From: Syntrophales bacterium
GTDB lineage: Bacteria > Desulfobacterota > Syntrophia > Syntrophales > PHBD01
Direction: 5' to 3'
Assembly (NCBI GenBank): GCA_963668175.1
Contig: OY764159.1
Span: 1,344,001 to 1,408,000 of the forward strand
DNA: 64,000 bases
Below, piece by piece: positions 49,268 to 58,253 of this stretch (position 1 is the stretch's first letter; each line of letters begins with the position of its first letter). The notes below the pieces were generated by a model. That model was not told where the DNA came from. It did no database searches and worked only from the letters and a program-made list of their open reading frames with translations. The position numbers were made by a program, and so were the translations under genes.

Positions 49268-50212
49268 ATGAAGAAGATATTGTGGTTTGGCCTGGGTCTG
49301 GTCGTTATTCTCGTTGGCGCCCTGTACTTCCTGTATTCCTCTTCTTTTGTGTACGAGCAGGCGATCAACGCCGAGAGGGCCGCTGCCGGCCTCGTCAGGA
49401 AGAACATCCAGGTGGACGACCACCGTATTGCCTACCTGGAAGGCGGGGCGGGGGAGGTCGTCGTCCTGATCCACGGTTTCGGCGCCGAAAAAGACAATTG
49501 GGACCGCTTTGCCAAGTACCTCCAGCCCGGCTGCCAGGTCTTCATCCCCGATCTGCCGGGATTCGGCGAGAGCAGCAAACTGCCGGAAGCCCGCTATGAC
49601 ATAGCGAGCCAGGTCAAGCGTCTCAACCGGATAGCCGAGGCGCTCAATCTCCGGAAGTTTCACCTGGCGGGCAATTCCATGGGGGGGATGATCGCCTGCG
49701 AATACGCGGCCCAGTATCCCGAGAAGGTCCTGTCCCTCGGTCTCTTCGCCCCCGGGGGAATCTTTCCGCCCCACAAGAACGAGCTGATGAAGCTCCTCGA
49801 AAAGGGAGAGAACCCCCTCGTAGTGAAGACCCCGGAAGACTTCGACCGGATCATGTCGCTGCTTTTTGTTTCGCCTCCGCCTTTTCCGGCGCCCGTCAAA
49901 AAGTTCCTCGCGGATCGCGCCATGGCCAACGCGGCTTTCAACGAAAAAGTCTTCAAGGACATGAGCGCCGATTTCCGCACGCCGGACTCGCCGCTCGCGC
50001 CGTTTCTCCCCAAAGTCGCCGCCCCGACCCTGATCGTCTGGGGCGACAAGGACAAGATCCTCGATGTTTCGAGCGTCTCCGTCCTGGAGAAGGGGCTTAA
50101 GAACCGCCAGACGATTATCATGAAGGACACGGGCCACGTCCCTATGGTGGAAAAACCGCAGGAATCGGCAGCCGCATACCGGTCCTTTATCGAAAAGGCG
50201 GTAAAACGCTAA
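49268..50212 (+). CDS. Alpha/beta hydrolase (lipase/esterase) with N-terminal anchor
   Basis: LIHGFG, DLPGFGES, GNSMGG nucleophile elbow, WGDKD, GHVP. Confidence 0.9.
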   Translation: MKKILWFGLGLVVILVGALYFLYSSSFVYEQAINAERAAAGLVRKNIQVDDHRIAYLEGGAGEVVVLIHGFGAEKDNWDRFAKYLQPGCQVFIPDLPGFGESSKLPEARYDIASQVKRLNRIAEALNLRKFHLAGNSMGGMIACEYAAQYPEKVLSLGLFAPGGIFPPHKNELMKLLEKGENPLVVKTPEDFDRIMSLLFVSPPPFPAPVKKFLADRAMANAAFNEKVFKDMSADFRTPDSPLAPFLPKVAAPTLIVWGDKDKILDVSSVSVLEKGLKNRQTIIMKDTGHVPMVEKPQESAAAYRSFIEKAVKR

Positions 50213-50216
50213 GATC

Positions 50217-51347
50217 ATGGTTTCAAGCCGCTTCCATCCCGCACGTCTTTTCCGGCGGCGGTGGTTAAAGATTGCCCTTCCCGTCGCCGCCGTCCTCGCG
50301 GCCGTCACCGTCTGCGCCGTATTCAGGGCCGAGGGCTATATCAAGGAAAAGCTGGAGGCCAGCCTGGGCAAGGGCGTATCCATCGGTTCCGCCTCCCTGG
50401 GATTCCGGTCCATCGCATTCCGGGACGTCCGCATGAAGGACGCCGCCGGGCGGGATGCCCTCCATATCCGCGAGGTTTCCTGCGGTTTTCGGGTTTTCGA
50501 CCTCCTGACGGGGCGACGGGCGATACGCCTGATCGCGTTCCGGGAGCCGGATATCCACCTCGCGATCGACGCACATGGGAAGCTGACCGGCCCGGCCCTG
50601 GGCGTGCCGCCTGCCCGCGGGGGCAAGGAAGAAGATCAGAAGCCCTGGGTCGTGGGGCGGGTCGCGGTCAGCGGCGGGAGCCTCGATTTTTCCGATCACA
50701 GGGACCCGCACCGGCCGGTGCGCATCGAGGTCCGGGATATCCGGTTGAGCCTCGACAATCTCGCCCTGCCCGCGGACGGCCGGTTTTCGGCATACGAACT
50801 TTCGGCAACGATTCCCGGCCGTACGGGAAAAGGCACGCTTCAGAGCCGCGGCCGGATTCAATTCGGCCCCTACAACGCCGACGGTTCCCTGAAGCTCGTC
50901 AACCTCGACATCACGCCCTTTGAACCTTATTTTCAGAAGGATTACAGTATCTCTCTCCACAGGGGCTTTCTGGACCTGGACCTCTCGGCACGCATCGCCG
51001 GCGGGCACATCAAGGGCGATGGCAGGGCCGTCCTGAAAGACCTGAGCGTAAGCGACAAGGCCGGCAGCGGAGGGCAATTCGCAGGAATCCCCGTTTCGCT
51101 GATGGTGGCCTTTCTGGAACGGAATAACCATCAAATCCCCCTGCGCTTCGCCGTGGAAGGCGATCTTAAGAATCCCGCCTTCAGCCTCCGGGAGAACCTT
51201 GTCCAGGGGATCGTCTCCGGGACGGCCGAAGCCGTCGGGCATGTCCTGCATCTGCCGGGCCGGGCCGTCTCCGGCGGGAGCGTTTCGACCCTCAAATCGA
51301 CGCTCGGCCGCCTGGGGGAACGCCTCAAAAAGGGCATAAGCCCATGA
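50217..51347 (+). CDS. DUF748/AsmA-like membrane-anchored beta-rich protein
   Basis: N-terminal TM, GSLDFSD, LDITPFEPY, VEGDLKNPAFS. Confidence 0.65.
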   Translation: MVSSRFHPARLFRRRWLKIALPVAAVLAAVTVCAVFRAEGYIKEKLEASLGKGVSIGSASLGFRSIAFRDVRMKDAAGRDALHIREVSCGFRVFDLLTGRRAIRLIAFREPDIHLAIDAHGKLTGPALGVPPARGGKEEDQKPWVVGRVAVSGGSLDFSDHRDPHRPVRIEVRDIRLSLDNLALPADGRFSAYELSATIPGRTGKGTLQSRGRIQFGPYNADGSLKLVNLDITPFEPYFQKDYSISLHRGFLDLDLSARIAGGHIKGDGRAVLKDLSVSDKAGSGGQFAGIPVSLMVAFLERNNHQIPLRFAVEGDLKNPAFSLRENLVQGIVSGTAEAVGHVLHLPGRAVSGGSVSTLKSTLGRLGERLKKGISP

Positions 51348-51501
51348 TCCGGCACCGCACGGCCGGTAAATACCTGCGGCGAATGAGGATATCGGCGATC
51401 CGCCGTTCGGTCCGTCCCGACGAAAGAGGTTGACAAATTCGCGGGATAGATGGATAAGAGGCCCTTAATTTTTGCCTTATTCCTGATTTTGCGAGGTTAT
51501 T

Positions 51502-53190
51502 TTGCCTGTGGACCGTGCCGGCTGCAAGAAATGGATCCTCTGGATCGTCCCTTTTCTCCTTTATGTGGGGCTGATTTATCATATGCCGCTCATGGAGCCG
51601 GACGAGGGGCGGTACAGCCTTATCCCGAGCACCATGAACCGGACGGGCGACTACGTCACCCCGCACCTGAAAGAGGTCGTCTATATCGAAAAGCCTCCGC
51701 TCGCCTATTGGGCGACTGCCGTAGCCTTCAAGCTGTTCGGGGAAAACGCCTTCTCTTCGCGTCTCTTTTCAGCCCTTTGCGCCTGGGGGTGCATCCTCCT
51801 GTGCTGGCGCATCGGCCGCTATTTCCATGACGAAAAGACGGGCCTATACGCCGCCGCCGTCCTCACGATGTGCCTCTTTCACCTGGCGATCGGCCGGATC
51901 AATATCCTCGATATGCCCCTGGCCCTGTTCGTCTGCCTCGCCGTCTGGTCAGGATTCCGCTATTTTTCCGATGAGGAACGGGACAGGAAGCACATATGGC
52001 TCTTTTATCTCTTCTGCGGTCTCGCGTTTCTCACGAAAGGCCTGATCGGGATCGTCTTCCCCGGGGCCATTCTCGTCATCTGGCTCCTCGTCTCGCGGCG
52101 CTGGCGGGACCCTTTTCGCCTCGTGTCCCCCGCAGGCATTGCGATTTTCCTTGCTGTGACCCTGCCGTGGCTCGTTCTCATCCAGAAGGCGAATCCGGAT
52201 TTCTTCTGGTTCTTCTTCATCCAGGAACACTTCCTCCGGTACACGACGACGATGCATCACCGGAACGAGACGGTCTTCTATTTCATCCCCGTGCTCTTGG
52301 CCGGTGTGATCCCCTGGCTCGGCTATTTTGCCCAGGCGGGGAGGGGCATCCGCGGACAGTGGAGGGTGTTGTTTGACAGTAAGGAAAAGAAGTTCCTTTT
52401 CACCTGGATCGCCTTCATTTTCCTCTTCTTTTCGGTATCCTCCTCGAAACTGATTCCGTATATCGCACCCCTCTTTGTCCCGCTGTCCGTCCTGATCGGT
52501 CACGTCTTCCGGATCTACGAGGAGCGTGTCGCCGCCGCAAAGGGGCCGACCGGCTGGAGGCCTGCGGATTATCTCCCCATCTTCGTTCAGACGGGGCTTT
52601 TCTATGTCGCTCTCGTTGCCCCCGTCTATATCGCCAAGCAGCGGGTCAGTCTGGAGGCCTGGTGGCCGTGGATCGTTGGCCCCGCGTTGGTGCTCGTTTT
52701 CTTCCTGTTCCTGCCGGAGATGATGAGGAGAAAATACCGCCGCGGCTGGTTCCTTGCGATCTATGCCGTGGCCGGGGTTTTCTTCGCGACGCTGACCTTT
52801 CCCGTCGCCCATTACGCGGCACCTTTCAAATCGGCCGCTCCCGTCGTCGCCGCCATGAAAATCCACATCCCGCCGGGAGAGGTCCCGTATCAGTTCAATA
52901 CGGATATTTACGGGATCGATTTTTACACGGGGATACGCACGCCCATCGTCGACGATATCGGCGAACTGGAGTTCGGCGTGGCGCGTATTCCGGCCGAGGA
53001 GAAGAAACGCTACTTCCTCATGTCGCCGGAATTTTTCCGTCTTTACCGGGAAGGACGGCCGATGTATGTCATCACCGAAGGGAAGGGGAATCTCCTGCGC
53101 CTGAAGCAGGAAGCCCCGGACATGAAAATCCTGTGGAACAACGGGAATTATCAGATCCTTCTTCTGCAGAAAGGCCAAAACGGAGGTTAG
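51502..53190 (+). CDS. arnT: ArnT-like glycosyltransferase family 39 (L-Ara4N transferase)
   Basis: EPDEGRY, EKPPLAYW, LTKG, SKLIPYI; many TM segments; first gene of the arn cluster. Confidence 0.85.
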   Translation: MPVDRAGCKKWILWIVPFLLYVGLIYHMPLMEPDEGRYSLIPSTMNRTGDYVTPHLKEVVYIEKPPLAYWATAVAFKLFGENAFSSRLFSALCAWGCILLCWRIGRYFHDEKTGLYAAAVLTMCLFHLAIGRINILDMPLALFVCLAVWSGFRYFSDEERDRKHIWLFYLFCGLAFLTKGLIGIVFPGAILVIWLLVSRRWRDPFRLVSPAGIAIFLAVTLPWLVLIQKANPDFFWFFFIQEHFLRYTTTMHHRNETVFYFIPVLLAGVIPWLGYFAQAGRGIRGQWRVLFDSKEKKFLFTWIAFIFLFFSVSSSKLIPYIAPLFVPLSVLIGHVFRIYEERVAAAKGPTGWRPADYLPIFVQTGLFYVALVAPVYIAKQRVSLEAWWPWIVGPALVLVFFLFLPEMMRRKYRRGWFLAIYAVAGVFFATLTFPVAHYAAPFKSAAPVVAAMKIHIPPGEVPYQFNTDIYGIDFYTGIRTPIVDDIGELEFGVARIPAEEKKRYFLMSPEFFRLYREGRPMYVITEGKGNLLRLKQEAPDMKILWNNGNYQILLLQKGQNGG

Positions 53191-53197
53191 GTGAACC

Positions 53198-54343
53198 ATG
53201 AAGATCAGAGAAGATTTCCTGCCGTTAAATAAACCCTCCATCGGGTCCGCCGAGATCGAGCGGGTCGTCGACTGCCTGAAATCGGGCTGGATTACCACGG
53301 GGCCCCACTGCCTCACCTTTGAGGAACGGTTCCGAAAGCTCACCGGGGCCGCTCACGCCATAACGCTCTCGTCGGCTACGGCGGGAATGCACCTTGCGCT
53401 CGCCGCCCTCGGGATCGGTCCGGGCGACGAAGTGATCACCCCGTCCATGACGTTCGCCTCGACGGTGAACATGATCGTCCTTCTCGGGGCCACGCCCGTC
53501 TTCGTCGACTGCGATTACGATACCTTGCTGATCGACGCCGGCCGGATCGAGGAGAAGATCACCGACAGGACGAAGGCCGTCATTCCGGTCCACTTCGCCG
53601 GGGCGCCCGCCGACATGGACCCGATCGTCGCCCTGGCGGGACGGCGCGGACTCGCTCTGATCGAAGACGCAGCCCATGCCGTCGGTACGTACTACAAGGG
53701 TGTCCATGCCGGCGGATTCGGCGGGATGGCGATATTCTCCTTCCACCCCATCAAAAATATCACGACGGGTGAGGGCGGCCTCGTGACATTGAACGGCGAC
53801 GATCTGAACCAGAAGATCAGGCTGCTTAGGTTCCACGGCATCGAGCGGGACGCCTGGAAGCGCTACGGAAAGGGAGGAAATCCCGAGTACGACATCCAGG
53901 AGGCGGGATACAAATACAATCTGACGGACATCCAGGCGACGCTGGGCATCGGGCAGCTCGATCGTCTGGACGAGTTCAACCGGCGCCGTGCCGAACTGAT
54001 CGGTCTTTACATGGAAGGATTGCAAGGTATCGACGGCATCGACCTGCCCGGCGTTCCTTCATATCCCCATGTCCACCCCTACAATCTGATGATCGTCAAG
54101 ACCCTGGCCATGCCGAGGGAAATCCTGATGGAGAAACTCTCCGAGTACAATATCGGCTACGGCTTCCACTTCCCGGCCTGTCACCTTCTGAGCCATATCA
54201 GGCGGCTTTTCGGCACGAAAGACGGCATGCTCCCCGAGACGGAGCGGGCGGCCGGGCGGATCCTGTCGCTTCCCCTCTTTCCCGATATGAAAGATAGCGA
54301 CGTATATTATGTTTGCGATGCTCTTCGGGATATATTAAGATGA
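53198..54343 (+). CDS. arnB: UDP-4-amino-4-deoxy-L-arabinose aminotransferase
   Basis: SGWITTGP, SATAGMH, EDAAHA, FSFHPIKNITTGEGG. Confidence 0.9.
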   Translation: MKIREDFLPLNKPSIGSAEIERVVDCLKSGWITTGPHCLTFEERFRKLTGAAHAITLSSATAGMHLALAALGIGPGDEVITPSMTFASTVNMIVLLGATPVFVDCDYDTLLIDAGRIEEKITDRTKAVIPVHFAGAPADMDPIVALAGRRGLALIEDAAHAVGTYYKGVHAGGFGGMAIFSFHPIKNITTGEGGLVTLNGDDLNQKIRLLRFHGIERDAWKRYGKGGNPEYDIQEAGYKYNLTDIQATLGIGQLDRLDEFNRRRAELIGLYMEGLQGIDGIDLPGVPSYPHVHPYNLMIVKTLAMPREILMEKLSEYNIGYGFHFPACHLLSHIRRLFGTKDGMLPETERAAGRILSLPLFPDMKDSDVYYVCDALRDILR

Positions 54344-54365
54344 CGCGAAATTTTGGGAGCAAGCC

Positions 54366-55334
54366 ATGGAATCGATGATTTCCGTCGTCATACCGGTTTA
54401 TAACGAGGAGAAAAACCTCGACGCCCTCATAGGGCGCCTGCGGCCCGTCATGGCGGGAATGAAGCGGCCCTATGAAATCATCCTGATCGACGACGGCAGC
54501 CGCGACCGTTCCCTGGAAATGCTCAAGGCGTTTGCCGGGAAACCCGACGTCCGCGTCGTCGAGCTGACCCGGAATTACGGGCAGCACGCGGCGATCCTGG
54601 CCGGTTTTTCCGTCGTCCGGGGGCAGATCGTCGTCACCATGGATGCGGACCTCCAGAACCCGCCGGAGGAGATTCCGCGCCTCGTTTCCGTCATGGAAGA
54701 GGGTGCCTACGACGTCGTCGGGACGATCCGCAAGGGACGTCAGGATTCTCTGTTCCGCATCCTGCCCTCTAAAATCGTCAATATGGTGGCGAGAAAGATC
54801 ACGGGAGTCGGGATGCGCGACTGGGGCTGCATGCTCCGGGCCTACCGCCTGCCGGTGGTCGAGCGGATGATCAACTGCCACGAGCATTCGACTTTCATTC
54901 CCGCCCTGGCGACGTTTTTCGGCAAGAGGGTGACGGAGATAGAGGTTGCCCACGAGGAGCGCTTCGGAGGGAAATCGAACTACCCGCTGCGAAAGCTGAT
55001 CAACCTCCAGTTCGACCTGGTGGCCTCCTTTTCGGAGTTGCCCATGAAGCTCCTCATGTACGGCGGCATCGCCATGGCCCTGGCCGGCGTCTGCTTCGGC
55101 ACCTTCCTGGCCGTGGCCCGTCTGGTCTACGGCGCCCTCTGGGCGGCGCAGGGTGTCTTCACGCTCTTTGCCATCCTCTTTCTCTTCGTGGGGATGCAGT
55201 TTTTCGCCCTGGGCGTCATCGGGGAGTACATCGGCCGGATCTACCGCGAAGTTCGGAAACGGCCCGAATACGTCATCGAGCGCGTTTATGAGTGTATCCA
55301 GGGGGATGCCGCCCCTCCCGGTGACAGTAAATGA
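54366..55334 (+). CDS. arnC: Undecaprenyl-phosphate Ara4FN transferase
   Basis: VIPVYNE, RNYGQHAAILAGF, DADLQNPPEEIP, GEYIGRIY. Confidence 0.9.
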   Translation: MESMISVVIPVYNEEKNLDALIGRLRPVMAGMKRPYEIILIDDGSRDRSLEMLKAFAGKPDVRVVELTRNYGQHAAILAGFSVVRGQIVVTMDADLQNPPEEIPRLVSVMEEGAYDVVGTIRKGRQDSLFRILPSKIVNMVARKITGVGMRDWGCMLRAYRLPVVERMINCHEHSTFIPALATFFGKRVTEIEVAHEERFGGKSNYPLRKLINLQFDLVASFSELPMKLLMYGGIAMALAGVCFGTFLAVARLVYGALWAAQGVFTLFAILFLFVGMQFFALGVIGEYIGRIYREVRKRPEYVIERVYECIQGDAAPPGDSK

Positions 55335-56254
55335 AAGCCGTCGTCTTCGCCTATCACGATATGGGCATTACGGGCCTCGAAGCGTTGCTTCGGGCCCGCT
55401 TCGATATCGCCGCCGTCTTTTCCCACGAGGATGCCCCCGGGGAAAATTGCTGGTTCGGCTCCGTTGCGGCCTGGGCCGAAGAGATGGATATCCCGGTCTT
55501 CTGCCCGGAGGACGTGAATACGGTCGAGTGGAAAGACAAGATCGCGGCCCTGAAGCCCGACGTCATCTTCTCGTTCTATTACCGCCGGATGATCGGACAG
55601 GACATCCTCGACATCGCGCCGGCGGGGGCGTACAACCTCCACGGTTCGCTCCTTCCCGCCTACCGGGGACGGGCGCCCGTCAACTGGGTCCTGGTCCGCG
55701 GAGAGAAAACAACCGGCGTGACGCTCCATCATATGGTCAAAAAGGCGGATGCGGGGGATATCGTGGGCCAACGGGTTGTGGACATCGCCTTCGAGGACAC
55801 GGCTGTTACACTATACGAAAAGATGTGTGAGGCCTCGCGGCGGCTGCTCGCGGAGCTTCTGCCCCTGATCGAATCGGGCCGGGCACCGCGGATGCCCCAG
55901 GACCATGCCGCCGCCACCTATTTCGGCCGGCGCCGGCCGGAAGACGGACGGATCGACTGGCACTGGCCAGCACTTCAAGTCTATAACCTCGTCCGGGCGG
56001 TGACCGATCCTTACCCCGGGGCCTTCACCGAGTTTCCCGGAGGCGAGCGGCTCTTCGTCTGGCGGGCGCTGCCGGAGGATGATGCCGGGCCGGGCAAACC
56101 GCCGGGGACCGTAACCGTGGAAGGGGACCGGGTTCTCATCGCCGCAGGCAAGGGATGTCTCCATCTTATGGAGGCGGGGCTTGAGTCCGGCCGGATGGAG
56201 GGCGACGGGCTTCTCGCGTATTTCAGGAATAAAGAAGGGATCATATTGATATGA
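55331..56254 (+). CDS. arnA: Stand-alone ArnA formyltransferase domain
   Basis: MKAVVFAYHDMG, NLHGSLLPAYRGRAPVNW, ADAGDI. Confidence 0.88.
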   Translation: MKAVVFAYHDMGITGLEALLRARFDIAAVFSHEDAPGENCWFGSVAAWAEEMDIPVFCPEDVNTVEWKDKIAALKPDVIFSFYYRRMIGQDILDIAPAGAYNLHGSLLPAYRGRAPVNWVLVRGEKTTGVTLHHMVKKADAGDIVGQRVVDIAFEDTAVTLYEKMCEASRRLLAELLPLIESGRAPRMPQDHAAATYFGRRRPEDGRIDWHWPALQVYNLVRAVTDPYPGAFTEFPGGERLFVWRALPEDDAGPGKPPGTVTVEGDRVLIAAGKGCLHLMEAGLESGRMEGDGLLAYFRNKEGIILI

Positions 56255-57288
56255 AGAAAATTCTCATTCTCGGTGTCAATGGTTTTATCGGCCATCACCT
56301 GACCAACAGCATTCTGGAAAAAACGGACTGGACGATTTACGGGATGGACCTGGCCGACGACCGTCTCGGGAAGGCGCTCAACAATCCCCGTTTCCACTTC
56401 CTGGAGGGGGATATCGCCATCAACAGGGAATGGATCGAATACCATGTCAAGAAATGCGACGTCGTCATGCCGCTCGTGGCTATCGCGACTCCGAAATTAT
56501 ACGTAGAAGATCCCATCGGCGTCTTCGAACTCGATTTCGAGATGAATCTCAACATCGTCAAACAGTGCGTCAAATACAAGAAAAGGGTTGTCTTTCCGTC
56601 CACCTCGGAGGTCTACGGGGCCTGTACCGATCCGGAGTTTACGGAGGACGAGAGCTACCTCACGGTGGGCCCGATCCAGAAGGAACGCTGGATCTATTCA
56701 TGCTGCAAACAGCTCCTCGACCGCGTGATCTACGGTTACGGGACGAGGGGACAGCTCGAATTCACTCTGTTTCGGCCCTTCAACTGGATCGGACCGCGGC
56801 TCGATTCCCTCTATGCGGCCAAGGAAGGAAGCTCCCGGGTCGTTACGCAGTTCATCGCGGAGCTGATGATGAAGAAGCCGATCACCCTCGTCGACGGCGG
56901 CCATCAGAAGCGCTGCTTCACTTACGTGGACGACGGCATCGCGGCTCTCGTCTCCATCCTGGAAAACAGGGACGACGTCTGCAGGAGCCAGATCATCAAT
57001 ATCGGCAATCCCCAAAACGAATGTTCCGTGAAGGAGCTTGCCCATCTCCTGAAGCAATTGTTCCAGGAGCATCCGGGCCATGTGAAAGACGGGGAGTATT
57101 CGGAGATCATCGAGATCCCGGCCGAGACCTTTTACGGCAAGGGATATCAGGATATCTACACGCGGAAGCCTAGCATCGAGAAGGCGCGGAAGCTCCTCGG
57201 CTGGGAGCCCAGAATCGGCCTTGTCGATTCCATGCGTATGACGCTCCATTCCTTTCTGGCGGAAAACGAGGATTCGTCCGGCCGCTGA
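56251..57288 (+). CDS. arnA: Stand-alone ArnA UDP-GlcA oxidase/decarboxylase domain
   Basis: ILGVNGFIG, EWIEYHVKKCD, STSEVYG, RPFNWIGPRLD. Confidence 0.9.
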   Translation: MKKILILGVNGFIGHHLTNSILEKTDWTIYGMDLADDRLGKALNNPRFHFLEGDIAINREWIEYHVKKCDVVMPLVAIATPKLYVEDPIGVFELDFEMNLNIVKQCVKYKKRVVFPSTSEVYGACTDPEFTEDESYLTVGPIQKERWIYSCCKQLLDRVIYGYGTRGQLEFTLFRPFNWIGPRLDSLYAAKEGSSRVVTQFIAELMMKKPITLVDGGHQKRCFTYVDDGIAALVSILENRDDVCRSQIINIGNPQNECSVKELAHLLKQLFQEHPGHVKDGEYSEIIEIPAETFYGKGYQDIYTRKPSIEKARKLLGWEPRIGLVDSMRMTLHSFLAENEDSSGR

Positions 57289-58148
57289 TGGAAAAGACAC
57301 TGGGTTTGAAAATCGACGTGGATACCTATGTCGGGATGAAGCAGGGAGTTCCCCGTCTGCTGGACATCCTGGGGGAGGCGGGCGTCAAAGGCACGTTCTT
57401 CCTCAGCATGGGGCCCGACGCTTCCGGCCGGGCCGTCTTCCAGATGCTGAAAAACCCGCGTTTTCTGAAGAAAATGATCCGCTCCAACGCACCGGGCCTT
57501 TACGGTTTCAAAACGGCCCTGTACGGGACGCTGCTTCCTTCGCCCATGATCGCCCTCTCTTTCCCGTCGCTCGTCTCCCGGATTATATCAACAGGGCACG
57601 AGGTCCAGTTCCATGCCTGGGACCACCGGCGCTGGCAGGACGATCTGCCCCGGCATTCGGAGGCCTGGGTCCGCGAGTGGTTCAAGAAAGGGTTTGCTGC
57701 CTTTGAAAAACTGACGGGCCGGCGGCCGGAAGCCTTCGGTGCCCCGGCCTGGCTCATCGACGACCGGGTCCTCGACGTCGTCCGTACTTATCCCCTTCGG
57801 TATTTGAGCTGCACACGGGCGAAAGAACCGTTTATCCATGAACGGGCGAATCTGCCCGAAATACCTTCCGATCTGCCGTGTTTCGAGGAGATCGGCGTGG
57901 AAGCGGGGTTCACGGCCATTCTTTCCCGCCTTACCGATGGCGGCCTCCACGTTCTTCCCGTCCATGCGGAGGTCGAGGGCGGCATCTGGGCGGATAAGTT
58001 CATCGAGCTCCTTGCCGCCGTCAAAAAAATGGGATATACGATGAAGACGTTGAGCGAGATCAAGGAAGAACTGCCTGTAGGTGAACTGACAATCCGGCCG
58101 TTCCGCCTGGAGCTGCTTCCCGGGCGGGCCGTTCCCTGCGCCGTCTGA
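57288..58148 (+). CDS. arnD: Ara4FN-undecaprenyl deformylase (polysaccharide deacetylase fold)
   Basis: LKIDVDT, SMGPD, HAWDH, HAEVEG. Confidence 0.85.
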   Translation: MEKTLGLKIDVDTYVGMKQGVPRLLDILGEAGVKGTFFLSMGPDASGRAVFQMLKNPRFLKKMIRSNAPGLYGFKTALYGTLLPSPMIALSFPSLVSRIISTGHEVQFHAWDHRRWQDDLPRHSEAWVREWFKKGFAAFEKLTGRRPEAFGAPAWLIDDRVLDVVRTYPLRYLSCTRAKEPFIHERANLPEIPSDLPCFEEIGVEAGFTAILSRLTDGGLHVLPVHAEVEGGIWADKFIELLAAVKKMGYTMKTLSEIKEELPVGELTIRPFRLELLPGRAVPCAV

Positions 58149-58253
58149 CGGCCGCTTCGACCCCGGACACCAGGGCGGCTTTTTCAATCCGGGTGCTAAG
58201 CAACGGCGATGCGGCGCCGGTACGTCTTCGCTTGAAGTCTGCGGATTAAGACC

